A DNA stretch of 60,260 nucleotides, filler included, from 5 parts of 5 records of this genome joined end to end with filler, not necessarily neighbours in it; one strand, 5' to 3'. Shown: positions 40,587 through 51,530, counted from the whole stretch's first letter. A program made the numbers and translations. The notes: generated by a model not told the origin, from the letters alone.

Positions 40587-40816
40587 GTCAAAATCCTCCC
40601 CTCGTCCAATCTTTGTGGACAAGATTATTGGTTGATGGTTGTGGTTTATTTGCGTGTTCTTCTGGCAGGAACACTGCGAATACTACGAAAAGAGGGGCCG
40701 CCCCTTCTTTCAACCGGCTACCCCAAGGTAAATGAGCGACTATTTTTGATTGCGTGCGCAAAAGCACACAGTTTTCCCTTCTTGGCCGGGTCTTCCCGGG
40801 CTGGTAGAGGCGCGCC

Positions 40817-41536
40817 ATGACCTCCAACACTTCACCCTCCGTAACCCGGGCGCTTGTTCTTTTTTCCGGCGGACAGGACTCCGCGACGTGTCTTGCCTGG
40901 GCACTGGACCGGTTCGATGCGGTGGAAACGATCGGGTTCGACTATGGCCAGCGCCATGCGGTGGAGCTGACCTGCCGGGAGAAAGTCCGGATCGGCATGG
41001 CGAGCCTCAAGGAGTCCTGGGCCGCGCGTCTTGGCGACGATCATATGATCGATGCGACCGTGCTTAAGAGCCTTGGCGAAACAGCCATGACTCATGATGT
41101 CGCCATCGAGACGACAGAAGCCGGGTTGCCTTCGACATTCGTGCCTGGCCGGAACCTGTTGTTCCTGACCCTCGCCGGCGCCCTGGGCGTCCGGCGTGGC
41201 ATCTCTGTTCTCGTCGGTGGCATGTGCGAAACGGATTATTCCGGCTATCCGGATTGCCGGAACGATACGATCCAGACACAGGCTGAAACCCTGCGCCTGG
41301 GTCTTGGCAAACCAATGTCGATCGAGACACCTCTTATGTATGTCGACAAGGCAGGTACCTGGGCGATGGCACACGAGCTGGGGGGCCAGGGGCTGGTCGA
41401 CCTGGTCGTGGAAGACACGCACACCTGTTATCTCGGCGACCGTTTCCACCGGCACGACTGGGGGTATGGCTGCGGCACCTGCCCGGCATGCGAACTGCGC
41501 TCGGCCGGCTGGGACCGCTGGCAGGCGTCGCGATGA
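40817..41536 (+). CDS. queC: 7-cyano-7-deazaguanine synthase
   Basis: [29 protein letters not shown] and CGTCPAC. Confidence 0.96.
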   Translation: MTSNTSPSVTRALVLFSGGQDSATCLAWALDRFDAVETIGFDYGQRHAVELTCREKVRIGMASLKESWAARLGDDHMIDATVLKSLGETAMTHDVAIETTEAGLPSTFVPGRNLLFLTLAGALGVRRGISVLVGGMCETDYSGYPDCRNDTIQTQAETLRLGLGKPMSIETPLMYVDKAGTWAMAHELGGQGLVDLVVEDTHTCYLGDRFHRHDWGYGCGTCPACELRSAGWDRWQASR

Positions 41537-42180
41537 CCTATTCGGTCAAGGAAGCCTTCTACACCCTGCAGGGGGAGGGCGCGCAGACCGGGCGCGCTGC
41601 CGTCTTCCTGCGCTTTGCCGGTTGCAACCTCTGGAGCGGCCTTGAACGCGACCGGGCGAAAGCCGTCTGCCAGTTCTGCGATACGGACTTTATCGGCACC
41701 GATGGGGAGAATGGCGGCAAGTACAAGACGCCGGAAGAAATCGCTGCATTGGTCGCCTCCATCTGGAACGCGAACGCAGACACGGCCGGCCGGCCCTATG
41801 TCGTCTGCACGGGCGGAGAGCCGCTGCTGCAACTGGATCCGCCGCTGATCGCCGCGCTCCACAGTGAAGGCTTCGAGATCGCGGTGGAGACGAATGGCAC
41901 GATCCCGGCGCCGGAGGGGCTTGACTGGATCTGCGTCAGTCCCAAGGCGAATGCAGGCCTCGTCCTGAAAAAGGGCAATGAACTCAAGCTGGTCTATCCG
42001 CAGGACGAGCCCGAAGCGCAGCCCGAACGGTTCACGGAACTGGACTTTCAGCACTTTTTCCTGCAACCGAAGGACAATTCCGAGGCGGCCCGCAATGTGC
42101 AGGCTGCCGCTGCTTACTGTCTGAAGAATCCGCAATGGCGACTGAGCTTGCAAACACACAAACTGACCGGGCTTCCTTAA
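41533..42180 (+). CDS. queE: 7-carboxy-7-deazaguanine synthase (CX14CX2C radical SAM type)
   Basis: [40 protein letters not shown] and SLQTHK; ATGA overlap with queC. Confidence 0.95.
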   Translation: MTYSVKEAFYTLQGEGAQTGRAAVFLRFAGCNLWSGLERDRAKAVCQFCDTDFIGTDGENGGKYKTPEEIAALVASIWNANADTAGRPYVVCTGGEPLLQLDPPLIAALHSEGFEIAVETNGTIPAPEGLDWICVSPKANAGLVLKKGNELKLVYPQDEPEAQPERFTELDFQHFFLQPKDNSEAARNVQAAAAYCLKNPQWRLSLQTHKLTGLP

Positions 42181-42194
42181 GCCCTGAGGGCCGC

Positions 42195-42554
42195 GTGTTC
42201 GAGATCACCAAGGCGACGCATTTCGAGGCGGCGCACTTCATGGGCGGCAAGCCGGAAGGCCATCCTTACCGGAACATGCACGGGCATTCCTTCCGCCTGG
42301 AAGCGACGGTTGCGGGCGTCGTGAAAGAGGGTGAGCAGTGGGTGGAAGACTTCTCCCACCTGACGGCCTGCCTGAATGCGACCGCCGAAAAGCTGGACCA
42401 CAAGCTGCTCAACGAGATCGACGGCCTGGATGTGCCGACGCTGGAGCGGATCTGCCTCTGGGTCGCCGAAGACCTGCGCGAGGCGCTGCCGGGGCTGAAG
42501 CGCGTCGCTCTGGCGCGCCCCAGCCTCAACGAGCGGTGTGAACTCGTCCTTTAA
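42195..42554 (+). CDS. queD: 6-carboxytetrahydropterin synthase (QueD/PTPS family)
   Basis: FEAAH, HGHSF, LDHKLLNEI.GL..PTLE; GTG start at 42195; in the que operon. Confidence 0.88.
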   Translation: MFEITKATHFEAAHFMGGKPEGHPYRNMHGHSFRLEATVAGVVKEGEQWVEDFSHLTACLNATAEKLDHKLLNEIDGLDVPTLERICLWVAEDLREALPGLKRVALARPSLNERCELVL

Positions 42555-42567
42555 GCAAGGACGGGCT

Positions 42568-43053
42568 CTAGTTGGCCAGCGTGCCTTCCTGCACTTCTTC
42601 CGCGAAGTTCCGGGCAAACCGGTTTGAGGCCTTGTTGGCGTCATACCAGGTCGTGATGCCGGTCATGCGGATGTCGGTTTCGTACCAGGAATACTCGTAC
42701 TCGCCTTCCTTGTTGCCGTCTGCGTCATAGGCGGTGGCGGTCAGTTTCATGCCGCCGGTGCTGCGCGAGGCGCCATAGTCGAGGCCGGGCTCATCACCCA
42801 GCTGCTTGAAGGTTGGCTTGGATGGGCGGGCATCGACAATGGTGACATCGATGCGGGCGACATCCACGCCGGCCTTTTCCAGTTCGCGGGTCAGGTCTTC
42901 CTTGATCTCCTTGGAGAGATATTCGCCCTCGCGGGTGCCGTAGTCATCCTGCAGCTTGGTCTGGAAATCCTCCGAGACGGTCACGTTGATTTCCGCGGCC
43001 ATGGCGGCGGGGGCAAGGAGAAGGGCGATGGCGGTGATGGGAACAAGTTTCAT
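42568..43053 (-). CDS. Secreted hypothetical protein
   Basis: Signal peptide MKLVPITAIALLLAPAAMA; SD GGAGG. Confidence 0.75.
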   Translation of the reverse strand: MKLVPITAIALLLAPAAMAAEINVTVSEDFQTKLQDDYGTREGEYLSKEIKEDLTRELEKAGVDVARIDVTIVDARPSKPTFKQLGDEPGLDYGASRSTGGMKLTATAYDADGNKEGEYEYSWYETDIRMTGITTWYDANKASNRFARNFAEEVQEGTLAN

Positions 43054-43131
43054 GTCAGAACCTCCATTAGGGTCTTTCATCAACTTACCATCACCCTTCG
43101 TGTTCCCGAAGTCACGCTGATGTGAAACCGG

Positions 43132-43827
43132 TTAAATCGTGTCCACAAACACGATCTCGGCGTCCTCGATGCTTTTCAGGCTGATCGTTTCGGCGCCGGT
43201 GATCGCGGCGCCGTCGCGGGCCTTCAGCACCTGGCCGTTAAGGCTGACCGAGCCTGCCGCCAGCACGAGATAGCCATGCCGGCCGGGCGCGACGTCATAG
43301 TCCAGCGTATCGCCGGTGCAGAGCGTTGCGCCCATGACCTTGGCGTCCTGCTTGAGCGGCAGGGCATCGCCTTCGCCATCCTTCGCGGCAAACAATGTCC
43401 ACTTGCCGGAGCGGTCGCCTTTCGGGAACTGGCGCGTGCCCCAGCCGGGCTGGCCGCCCTGTTCGCGCGGCAGGATCCAGATCTGGAAGAGCTGGCAGGT
43501 TTCGTCGTCGGCGTTCCATTCCGAGTGCTGTACGCCGGCGCCCGCGCTCATGACCTGGACGTCGCCGGCTTCAGTGCGGCCGGTATTGCCCATGGAGTCC
43601 TTGTGCGTGATCGCGCCCTTGCGGACATAAGTGATGATTTCCATGGACTGGTGACCATGCGGAGGGAAGCCGGTGTGTGGCTGGATCGTGTCATCGTTCC
43701 ACACGCGCAAGGCGCCTTCGCCCATACGGCGCGGGTCGTGATACCCCGAGAACGAGAAGTGATAGTTCGCGTCGAGCCATTCATTACGGAAACGGCCGAG
43801 GCGGTCGAACGGGCGCAGTTCAATCAT
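43132..43827 (-). CDS. Pirin family protein (YhhW-like)
   Basis: HFSFSGY, GFPPHGH, MEIITYV, MSAGAGVQHSE and FQIWI. Confidence 0.93.
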   Translation of the reverse strand: MIELRPFDRLGRFRNEWLDANYHFSFSGYHDPRRMGEGALRVWNDDTIQPHTGFPPHGHQSMEIITYVRKGAITHKDSMGNTGRTEAGDVQVMSAGAGVQHSEWNADDETCQLFQIWILPREQGGQPGWGTRQFPKGDRSGKWTLFAAKDGEGDALPLKQDAKVMGATLCTGDTLDYDVAPGRHGYLVLAAGSVSLNGQVLKARDGAAITGAETISLKSIEDAEIVFVDTI

Positions 43828-43947
43828 GGCGGGCTCCTTCAGGTGCCGTATTGCTTTTGTTGCAGCGAATATGACGTGAAGCGCGCGGCGCTGTAGGGTA
43901 GGGCGGCGGAGAAGACTTATGCCGCCCCGGAATAAGTGCCCGGATTA

Positions 43948-44130
43948 TCAGGGGTTTTGCCCTGTTTCGCTGTCCTCATCCGGCTCGGCGATCGCCTTCA
44001 GCTCTTCCATGCTGAGGTCGTCATACATTTGTTTGGCCTTGCCCTTCAGGTGCCATTTCGATGTGAGGCCACGGCGTGCCGAGAGCGCAAGTCCGGCGGC
44101 CTGGTGTTCGGGGATCTGTTGAGCAGACAT
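43948..44130 (-). CDS. DUF3008-like small protein
   Basis: QAAGLALSARRG...LKG.AKQMYD..S.EEL; SD AAGGAGG. Confidence 0.7.
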   Translation of the reverse strand: MSAQQIPEHQAAGLALSARRGLTSKWHLKGKAKQMYDDLSMEELKAIAEPDEDSETGQNP

Positions 44131-44158
44131 TTCGGCCTCCTTTGTTGGGTGGACTATC

Positions 44159-44184
44159 AACGCGGGAGAGCGGGCGCGTGTTCC
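44159..44184 (-). promoter_or_regulatory. General-stress sigma (EcfG/SigT) promoter
   Basis: GGAAC-N17-CGTT on the minus strand, about 30 nt upstream of the DUF3008-like ATG. Confidence 0.7.
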
Positions 44185-44397
44185 ATCCAGCATCTTTGCC
44201 GGCATGGCAGGGGATGGATAAGCTGGCGGATAAAGGCGGGCAGAAGCGTCCCTTCATGCCATGAACAGGACCGTGAAGAGACAATGTATACACCATGTAT
44301 GGGAAGGCGGGGTCAGCCTCAGGCGAGACCCATCCAGTAAAACATGCCGCGTGTTCGGACGGTGGGTATAGCTCCGCCCATCCGGCGCAAGCGCTTT

Positions 44398-45199
44398 CTA
44401 AACATCCACCTCCGCATCGAGCGCATTCTCTTCGATGAACTCTCGGCGCGGTTCGACGACGTCGCCCATCAGTTTGGTGAACATATCGTCGGCTTCTTCC
44501 ATATGGTCGACGCGGACCTGCAGCAGGGTGCGGGCATTGGCGTCCAGCGTGGTTTCCCACAGCTGATCCGCATTCATCTCGCCCAGACCCTTGTAGCGCT
44601 GGACTTTCAGGCCCTTGCGGCCGCTGTCGAGCACGGCCTTCAGCAGGCTGCTCGGTCCGTGTACGGTCACTTCGCCGCCCTTGTCCTGGCGCAGGATGGC
44701 GGGCTGTTCGTACAATTCGGCGAGGCCGGCCGCACGCTCGGCGAGGCGAACGGCGTCCTGGCTGGCGATCAGGGCCGGGGGCAGGGTGATCGTCTCGTCC
44801 ACGCTGCGCACGGTGCGCTGCAGGACAAGCGCGCCTTCAACGAAGCGGCCGGCCCAGGTGTCTTCGCCTTCCTCGGCGAAGCGGTTCAGGCGTTCGGCTG
44901 TCTTCGCGGCTTCGGCGTCGCCCGCGCCAGCAGCCAGCGCTCCGGCAAGGGCGGCGTGTTCGATCAGCTCGCCGGAGGCGCGCAGCGCAAGGCGGCGGAG
45001 GTTTGCCTGGAAGTTCGAGGCCTGGCGCACGCGGTCGCGCAGGTCTTCCCCGGCAATCATGGTGCCGTCGGGCAGAATCAGGGATTCCCCATCAGTGCCT
45101 TCGCCGATGAGATAGGCTTCGAGTTCGTTGTCGTCCTTCACATAGCGTTCGGACCGGCCGCGCGTCACCTTGTAGAGCGGCGGCTGGGCGATGTAGAGA
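44398..45199 (-). CDS. gyrB: DNA gyrase subunit B, C-terminal part
   Basis: [18 protein letters not shown] and [14 protein letters not shown]. Confidence 0.95.
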
Positions 45200-45299
45200 N
45201 NNNNNNNNNNNNNNNNNNNNNNNNNNNNNNNNNNNNNNNNNNNTTAATTAATTAANNNNNNNNNNNNNNNNNNNNNNNNNNNNNNNNNNNNNNNNNNNN
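45200..45299. other. Artificial contig linker
   Basis: N run containing TTAATTAATTAA. Confidence 0.97.
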
Positions 45300-45389
45300 A
45301 CAAGCTACCGCAGGGAGCGAAGTGCTCTTAAACCTCAATCCCAATCCCAGAACCGCATGCCGGCCAAAACCAGTTATGTCATCAAAAGC

Positions 45390-46511
45390 CTAAGCGCCAA
45401 GCAAATGCGGCTCTCTGTACATGTGTGCATACGCCCGGTCCCCATAACGCGAGTAGGCCTCAAAATAACCGCTGTACCACTGGCAGAGCGATGCCCCCGC
45501 CTCCAGCGATTCCTGTAAATCCGCTGCACTCTCAATGCCGCCCGTGCGGATAATGTGGAATTCCTGCGCCACGGGATGTGTGTTTAAGTATTGTGACGCA
45601 GCACGCAGTAAATTTAGCGAATCCTGTTTAAGTGGTCGCCCGCTGACGCCGCCGCCGAAGGTCTCTGAGAAATAATCGTAGAGTGGCCGTTCGCCTTCAG
45701 TAATTGAAACGCGGTGTTTAATATATGCCACCGAAGTGTTGCCAAAATTAACACCGTCAAACTGCAGGCGTGCAAGTACGTCCATCAGTTCATTAACCTG
45801 TGCCGGGTTTGTATCATTGGAGAACTTAACAATCAGTGGCAGCCTGCGCTTGCGCTTTGCCAAAAACTCGCTGCTGATAAACTCCAGGCGCGCCACCATA
45901 TGCTCAAATTCGGCGGCACCATCTTCCGTGTTTGGGCAGCTCTCGTTAATCTCTATAAAATCAACGCCGGCCGCCTCGTACGCACGTAGTCCTTCAAGTA
46001 AACCACTGCGCGCCACATCTGTAGCCACTCCCGGGTCTGCCGAAAGACTGGCGCCAATCGGGCAATTATTATGCCGAGTGATTTTGTTAAGTCGCTCCGC
46101 AACCACTGCATGCCCTTCGTTGGGAAGCCCTTGCCAATTGGACGCCGCACCCGACATTGGATACGGCGCAAAAGGTTTAACCGCACCTTCGCGTTTATTG
46201 CCTTTGCGCGCCGCCGCCGTAGTTGTTCCCGCCATCCAGGCCCCCGCACCCTGCCGCGCACACAGCTCGTAACCGCGTCCGTCCTTAAACATTCCGGCGG
46301 CATTAAACAAAGGCGTACGGAAAGTTAGTCCCCACAAGTTGCGTTGCATTCTGGGCGAAACTTCGATTGGGCTGGGGCGTGTTTGGACAAGTTGGCGTAA
46401 AAACTGATCGCGATTATTCGAATACAGGCGGGTGACAGTTCGGGCGGGAAGTCGGACAAGATAAGGGCGGAAGACACCATCGATTTGCGCCAGCAGGCTC
46501 GTCAGATTCAT
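45390..46511 (-). CDS. pyrD: Dihydroorotate dehydrogenase (divergent)
   Basis: NAAGMFK, INESCPNT, GGVSGRPL, TGGIESAAD and GASLCQWY. Confidence 0.8.
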   Translation of the reverse strand: MNLTSLLAQIDGVFRPYLVRLPARTVTRLYSNNRDQFLRQLVQTRPSPIEVSPRMQRNLWGLTFRTPLFNAAGMFKDGRGYELCARQGAGAWMAGTTTAAARKGNKREGAVKPFAPYPMSGAASNWQGLPNEGHAVVAERLNKITRHNNCPIGASLSADPGVATDVARSGLLEGLRAYEAAGVDFIEINESCPNTEDGAAEFEHMVARLEFISSEFLAKRKRRLPLIVKFSNDTNPAQVNELMDVLARLQFDGVNFGNTSVAYIKHRVSITEGERPLYDYFSETFGGGVSGRPLKQDSLNLLRAASQYLNTHPVAQEFHIIRTGGIESAADLQESLEAGASLCQWYSGYFEAYSRYGDRAYAHMYREPHLLGA

Positions 46512-46749
46512 GCGGAATTTCCTGTCGTCAGTATGCGAGTTTCGTCAGGGCTTGCGACAGCAGGACGCACATTTGGTCCGCTTTAGTGTGTCGCAGAATT
46601 CATGAGCACTTCGCTCCCTGCGGTAGCTTGTTGTTTCTTTTTGTTTATCCCTGTGCCACAAGCCGCAAATAATCGGGCCTGCCTCGCAGCCCTGGAGAAC
46701 GTAAGCCGACCAGTTGAGTCTCTGATCGGCGTATGGCAAATCAGGGCGA

Positions 46750-47916
46750 CTAATGCAGCGGCCGCGCCTGCGGATCATATTGAGCCGCCGCCTGTGCCAT
46801 TGCCGCCGCCTGCGACTGTGGTTTGGGATATACGCCTGCCTGCGCTGAGATATTCAGCAAAATCCCCAGAGCCGCAGCTGAGATTATGGTAGCTGTACCG
46901 CCATAGGAGATAAACGGCATCGGTAGGCCGGTGGTTGGCAGCACGCCACAAGTAACGCCCGCATTAATCAGCGCATACATGCCCAGCGTGATCGTGATTC
47001 CCGTAGCCAGCACATGCCCAAACAAGTCCGGTGCCCACTTGGCGCTGCGCAGCCCGCGCCAAACGATTAAACAGAAAGCCAGCAGAATCAGACTCGCACC
47101 CAAAAAGCCGTATTCTTCACCCACGATCGAAAAGATGAAGTCACCGTAGGATTCCGGCAGAAACCAGTCGCGTTGACGACTCTGGCCCGGCCCCAAGCCA
47201 AAAATGCCGCCGTTACCAAAGGCCAGCAGCGCCTGGTCCAGCTGATAATTCTCGCCCTCACCCCAAAAGGCCAGCAGGCGCTGCATGCGGTATTCGGCCG
47301 ACTGCGCAAAGAGTACGAGCGCGCCAACGCCCAGCGCGGCAATGCCGCCCAGCTGCCACAGGCTGACTCCGCCTACAAACAGCACAATCATGGAAATCGT
47401 AAAGATGACTGCCGCGGTAGACATATTCGGCTGCAAGCTGATCAGTACACAGACGCTCACAATCCAAACGAGCATCGGTATTAGTGCGCGCTTGAAACTC
47501 TTGAGATAGGTTTCCTTGGCCGCCACCATGGCGGAGAGATGGGTTATCAGCGCAAATTTGGCTAATTCTGAAGGCTGGAAGCTGAGGAAACCAAGGCTGA
47601 TCCAGCGCGTGGCGCCATTGCGTTCCTCGCCGGCTATTATCACGTAGATTAGCAGCAGGATCGCGCCTACAATCGCAATTCGCGAGAATTTCTGCCAGAT
47701 GTGATAATCAATTTTTGAGAAGATCAGTACCACCACCAGCCCGGCAACAACACGCAGAGCATGTGACCAGAACAGGCGATCCGAAGACCCAAGCCGCACA
47801 TCCGCAAATGACGAGCTGGCACTGTAGACAAAAGCCACGCTGAACAACATCAGGCCGGCCGCCGCCAGTAACAGAATCCAGTCTATGTGACCGTTCTCAC
47901 GCAGTCGAGTGATCAT
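46750..47916 (-). CDS. ftsW: SEDS peptidoglycan polymerase FtsW
   Basis: GATRWI, FQPSELAK, LPESYGDFIF, GEEYG and LPTTGLPMPFISYGG. Confidence 0.92.
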   Translation of the reverse strand: MITRLRENGHIDWILLLAAAGLMLFSVAFVYSASSSFADVRLGSSDRLFWSHALRVVAGLVVVLIFSKIDYHIWQKFSRIAIVGAILLLIYVIIAGEERNGATRWISLGFLSFQPSELAKFALITHLSAMVAAKETYLKSFKRALIPMLVWIVSVCVLISLQPNMSTAAVIFTISMIVLFVGGVSLWQLGGIAALGVGALVLFAQSAEYRMQRLLAFWGEGENYQLDQALLAFGNGGIFGLGPGQSRQRDWFLPESYGDFIFSIVGEEYGFLGASLILLAFCLIVWRGLRSAKWAPDLFGHVLATGITITLGMYALINAGVTCGVLPTTGLPMPFISYGGTATIISAAALGILLNISAQAGVYPKPQSQAAAMAQAAAQYDPQARPLH

Positions 47917-47996
47917 GTGAACTGTTTCCAGATCATGGTAAACCCACCAAATGGGTCAATGTGCAAGAGTTCTAATTGAGGAGTTCGGTTCGGCCG

Positions 47997-49388
47997 TCAG
48001 GCCAGGTTGCGCACGTGCTGCTTAAAGGCGTCGCCGCGCACTTCAAAGTTCGGGAACATGTCAAAGGACTTGCAGGCCGGCGAAAACAAGACCAGCTCCG
48101 CAGGCTCGGCCAGCTGCATTGCCTGAACAACGGCCGACTCCAGGTCGGGCATTTCCAGGCAGCGCGTCATTCCACAGAAGTGGTTAAAAATGGCACGTGA
48201 TTCCTCGCCAATTGCCAGAATGCATTTAACCCTACGGCGCACATGCTCGTCGAGCATGTCGTAGTCATTGCCGTCGCCGCGGCCTCCGGCAATCCAGATC
48301 AGCGGCCGGTCGTAGCTGCCCAGCGCGTACCAGCTGGCATTGATGTTGGTAGCTTTGGAGTCGTTGACAAATTCAACGCCCTGGAATGTGCGGACGGATT
48401 CGAGGCGGTGTTCTACGCCGCTGAAGCCCAGGAGACAATCGCGAATGTCTTCGTTGCGGACTTCAAAGGCACGCGCGGCCAGAGCCGCAGCCATTGAGTT
48501 ATAGAGGTTGTGAACCCCCGGAATGCCGATATCGCTGGACGGCATAAGTTCTTCCTCCAAATGCATGTTGGACCGCGCGGGTGGGGATCCCTGCGGCTGC
48601 TCTTGTTGCTGCTTAGTGCTGGTGCGGAAAACTATTTGCCCTTCCCTGACAAATGCACCTTGTTCCACTTCTCCCAGGCCAAATTGCAGGCGCATACCGC
48701 TGCCGCCGGGAGGGTGTGAACGCATGTGCTCGTCGTCCGCGCTGGAAATTACGATATTTTGGTTGCTTTGCTGTGAGAAAATTTTATACTTGGCTTCGCG
48801 GTAGCTCTGCATGCTGCCGTGGTACGACAAATGGTCGGGTGTGATGTTCAGAATAATGGCAACATCCGGCTGAAAAGTGTCGATGCGATCCAGCTGATAC
48901 GAACTGGCTTCGACCACCACAATTGCGCCATCCTCAATCGTTCCGGCCAGGTCACTGAGTGCCAATCCAATATTGCCGGCCGCATAGGCTTTTTTGCCGG
49001 CATGCTCCAGAATCGCGACTGTCAGACTCGTGCAGGTAGTTTTACCATTTGTGCCGGTGATCGCTATAAATCGGTTGCGGCCGCGCATGTGGCGCCACGC
49101 AAATTCCAGCTCACTGATCAGTGGGATGTTTAAGTCTTCAGCCCGGCGAATGATGTCGGCTTGTGGTGGGATGCCGGGTGAGACAACAATCAGGTCGGCG
49201 TCGTTCAGCAAGTCCCTGGAATGGCCGCCAAACTCGCAGCCAATCCCACGTTCGCGCAATTCGCGCTCTGCGTCGGCAGCTTTGGTTGCCGGCTGGAACT
49301 CGCTGACAAATACGTCGTAATTTTGGCGCTTGGCAAGGCGCGCCGCCGCCAGTCCGCTGCGGCCTGCTCCCAGGATCACAATCTTCAT
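47997..49388 (-). CDS. murD: UDP-MurNAc-L-Ala:D-Glu ligase
   Basis: SPGIP, ITGTNGKTT, EASSYQL, HRLE, NDSKATN and SPACKSFDMF.NFEVRG. Confidence 0.96.
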   Translation of the reverse strand: MKIVILGAGRSGLAAARLAKRQNYDVFVSEFQPATKAADAERELRERGIGCEFGGHSRDLLNDADLIVVSPGIPPQADIIRRAEDLNIPLISELEFAWRHMRGRNRFIAITGTNGKTTCTSLTVAILEHAGKKAYAAGNIGLALSDLAGTIEDGAIVVVEASSYQLDRIDTFQPDVAIILNITPDHLSYHGSMQSYREAKYKIFSQQSNQNIVISSADDEHMRSHPPGGSGMRLQFGLGEVEQGAFVREGQIVFRTSTKQQQEQPQGSPPARSNMHLEEELMPSSDIGIPGVHNLYNSMAAALAARAFEVRNEDIRDCLLGFSGVEHRLESVRTFQGVEFVNDSKATNINASWYALGSYDRPLIWIAGGRGDGNDYDMLDEHVRRRVKCILAIGEESRAIFNHFCGMTRCLEMPDLESAVVQAMQLAEPAELVLFSPACKSFDMFPNFEVRGDAFKQHVRNLA

Positions 49389-49476
49389 AAATATAGTAAA
49401 CAAGAGTCCAAAACGTTCCGCCTACCTCGGCAGGCCAGGCAAAAAAAGCTGAGGTCTGCAGCGCCGGCATTTGAAC

Positions 49477-50091
49477 TTATTCAAGTTCAAATGCAATGCC
49501 TGCCATGAAACCGTAAATATTCGGCAATGCCTCACTCGAAAGTGGGAAGTCGCCCTGTAAGAGCACATATCCACGTAGCTCGGGGGCAAGCGGGAACGTA
49601 ATACCGCCAAAAGCGCCAAAAATGAAATCGGCTATCGGCTGGTCGTCAAAAGTGTCGTTGTCAATATCCGGTCCACCAAAGATGAATCCGCCGGATACAC
49701 CAAACAGGGGCGTGAATCCCTCGGTATTAAAACGATATTCCACCAGGCCCTGCATCAGAAGTACCGCGCTCTCATCCTCAGAAGGAAGTGCAAATGGTGG
49801 GTTTTCCAGTCCTGAATAATCATATTCATACTCAAGCCTTGTGTAGCCAATGCGCGCACCGGCATTAACGTGCTTGCCATACTCAATCTCGTAGCCCGCC
49901 TGAGCCAGAAACTTCCCGTTTACGTTAACGCCCACATCCTCAATGCCAAAGATGCGCTGATCCCCAAGTCCGGATGGAATGACCGGGCCAACCTGGATGA
50001 AGACAATGGACTCCTGGGCCTGCACCTGCGCAGTGCCGAGTGCCAAAAATGTCAAAAGTGATAGTAGAAGAGCCGATCGTTGGAATTTCAT
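49477..50091 (-). CDS. Small outer-membrane beta-barrel protein
   Basis: Signal peptide, alternating amphipathic beta-strands and C-terminal GIAFELE. Confidence 0.7.
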   Translation of the reverse strand: MKFQRSALLLSLLTFLALGTAQVQAQESIVFIQVGPVIPSGLGDQRIFGIEDVGVNVNGKFLAQAGYEIEYGKHVNAGARIGYTRLEYEYDYSGLENPPFALPSEDESAVLLMQGLVEYRFNTEGFTPLFGVSGGFIFGGPDIDNDTFDDQPIADFIFGAFGGITFPLAPELRGYVLLQGDFPLSSEALPNIYGFMAGIAFELE

Positions 50092-50194
50092 GTCAAATGC
50101 TCCTGAAATGAGAACAGTCCAAAAGTGATTGAATCAGAATAAGCAGCTGCAGTGCTGCCCGCCGGGGAGGAGGGAATGTAATGGGATAAGAAGC

Positions 50195-50677
50195 TTACGT
50201 GCGATTGTGGTCGCAATGTGCTGGATCATTGCACGCCGCATAAATGTTAAAAGCGTGTTTGACCGGCTTAAAGCCAAACTTGCTGCAAATGTTCTTTTCG
50301 ATCTCCGAAAGGCGCTCGTTTTCCTGGAACTCAATAATGTGGCCACACTCCGTACAGATCAAATGATCGTGGTTCGGCATCTTGTCGGCCAACTCATAAT
50401 GCGCACCCTCACCGTCAAAACGATGTTTGACCAGCAGGTCGCACTTGGTTAACAGGTCCAGGGTCGAATAGACCGTAGCACGTGAGACTTTGGCGCTGTT
50501 TGTATGTATGTGCAAATACAACTCATCCGCGCTAAAATGTTTGTTGATGTTTACTACCGCCTCAAGCACCAAATAGCGCTCCTGTGTGTTGCGGTAGTTT
50601 TTGCGGCGCAGGAACTTTGTGAATCGCTCGCGCAGATCATCTAAATCGACCTGCTTTTCGGCTGCATCTTCTTTCAT
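50195..50677 (-). CDS. fur: Fur-family regulator
   Basis: HFSADELY, VSRATVYSTL, HDHLICTECG and a C-terminal Cys pair. Confidence 0.9.
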   Translation of the reverse strand: MKEDAAEKQVDLDDLRERFTKFLRRKNYRNTQERYLVLEAVVNINKHFSADELYLHIHTNSAKVSRATVYSTLDLLTKCDLLVKHRFDGEGAHYELADKMPNHDHLICTECGHIIEFQENERLSEIEKNICSKFGFKPVKHAFNIYAACNDPAHCDHNRT

Positions 50678-50912
50678 AATCAACACGATCTTTAGGCGTG
50701 AACAGGGCAACCCCAGGGGGCCTCTACACAGCACTCGTCATAAATCCAGCGAATCCAGAGCGGAAAGTGAACTACATGGCGGGCGCAAAAGAACATTGAA
50801 TATACGCATCTTCGCCCGAACTTTCGTATTTTTGGGGTTCTCTGCATGCTGCGCGGGACGGAAAATTGCATGTCCGCGCCAGACCGAAATCATCTCATAA
50901 AAGGTAGGAAAT

Positions 50913-51461
<549 letters not shown>

Positions 51462-51496
51462 GGCTGAATAGTCTTGGTGCTACGCCGTACGATTTT

Positions 51497-51530
51497 AACA
51501 GGGGCGTCGCTGTCAGTGGCGCCCCTGTTT
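51497..51530 (+). terminator. Terminator after ahpC
   Basis: AACAGGGGCG...CGCCCCTGTTT. Confidence 0.7.

Noticed and set aside
40623-40816. preQ1 riboswitch upstream of queC
   Set aside because: No preQ1 aptamer pattern was seen, and the promoter geometry suggests a leaderless mRNA.
40817-42554. queCED as part of a 7-deazaguanine DNA-modification (dpd) defence island
   Set aside because: No dpdA/tgt-like, helicase or nuclease genes are nearby. The context fits housekeeping queuosine synthesis.
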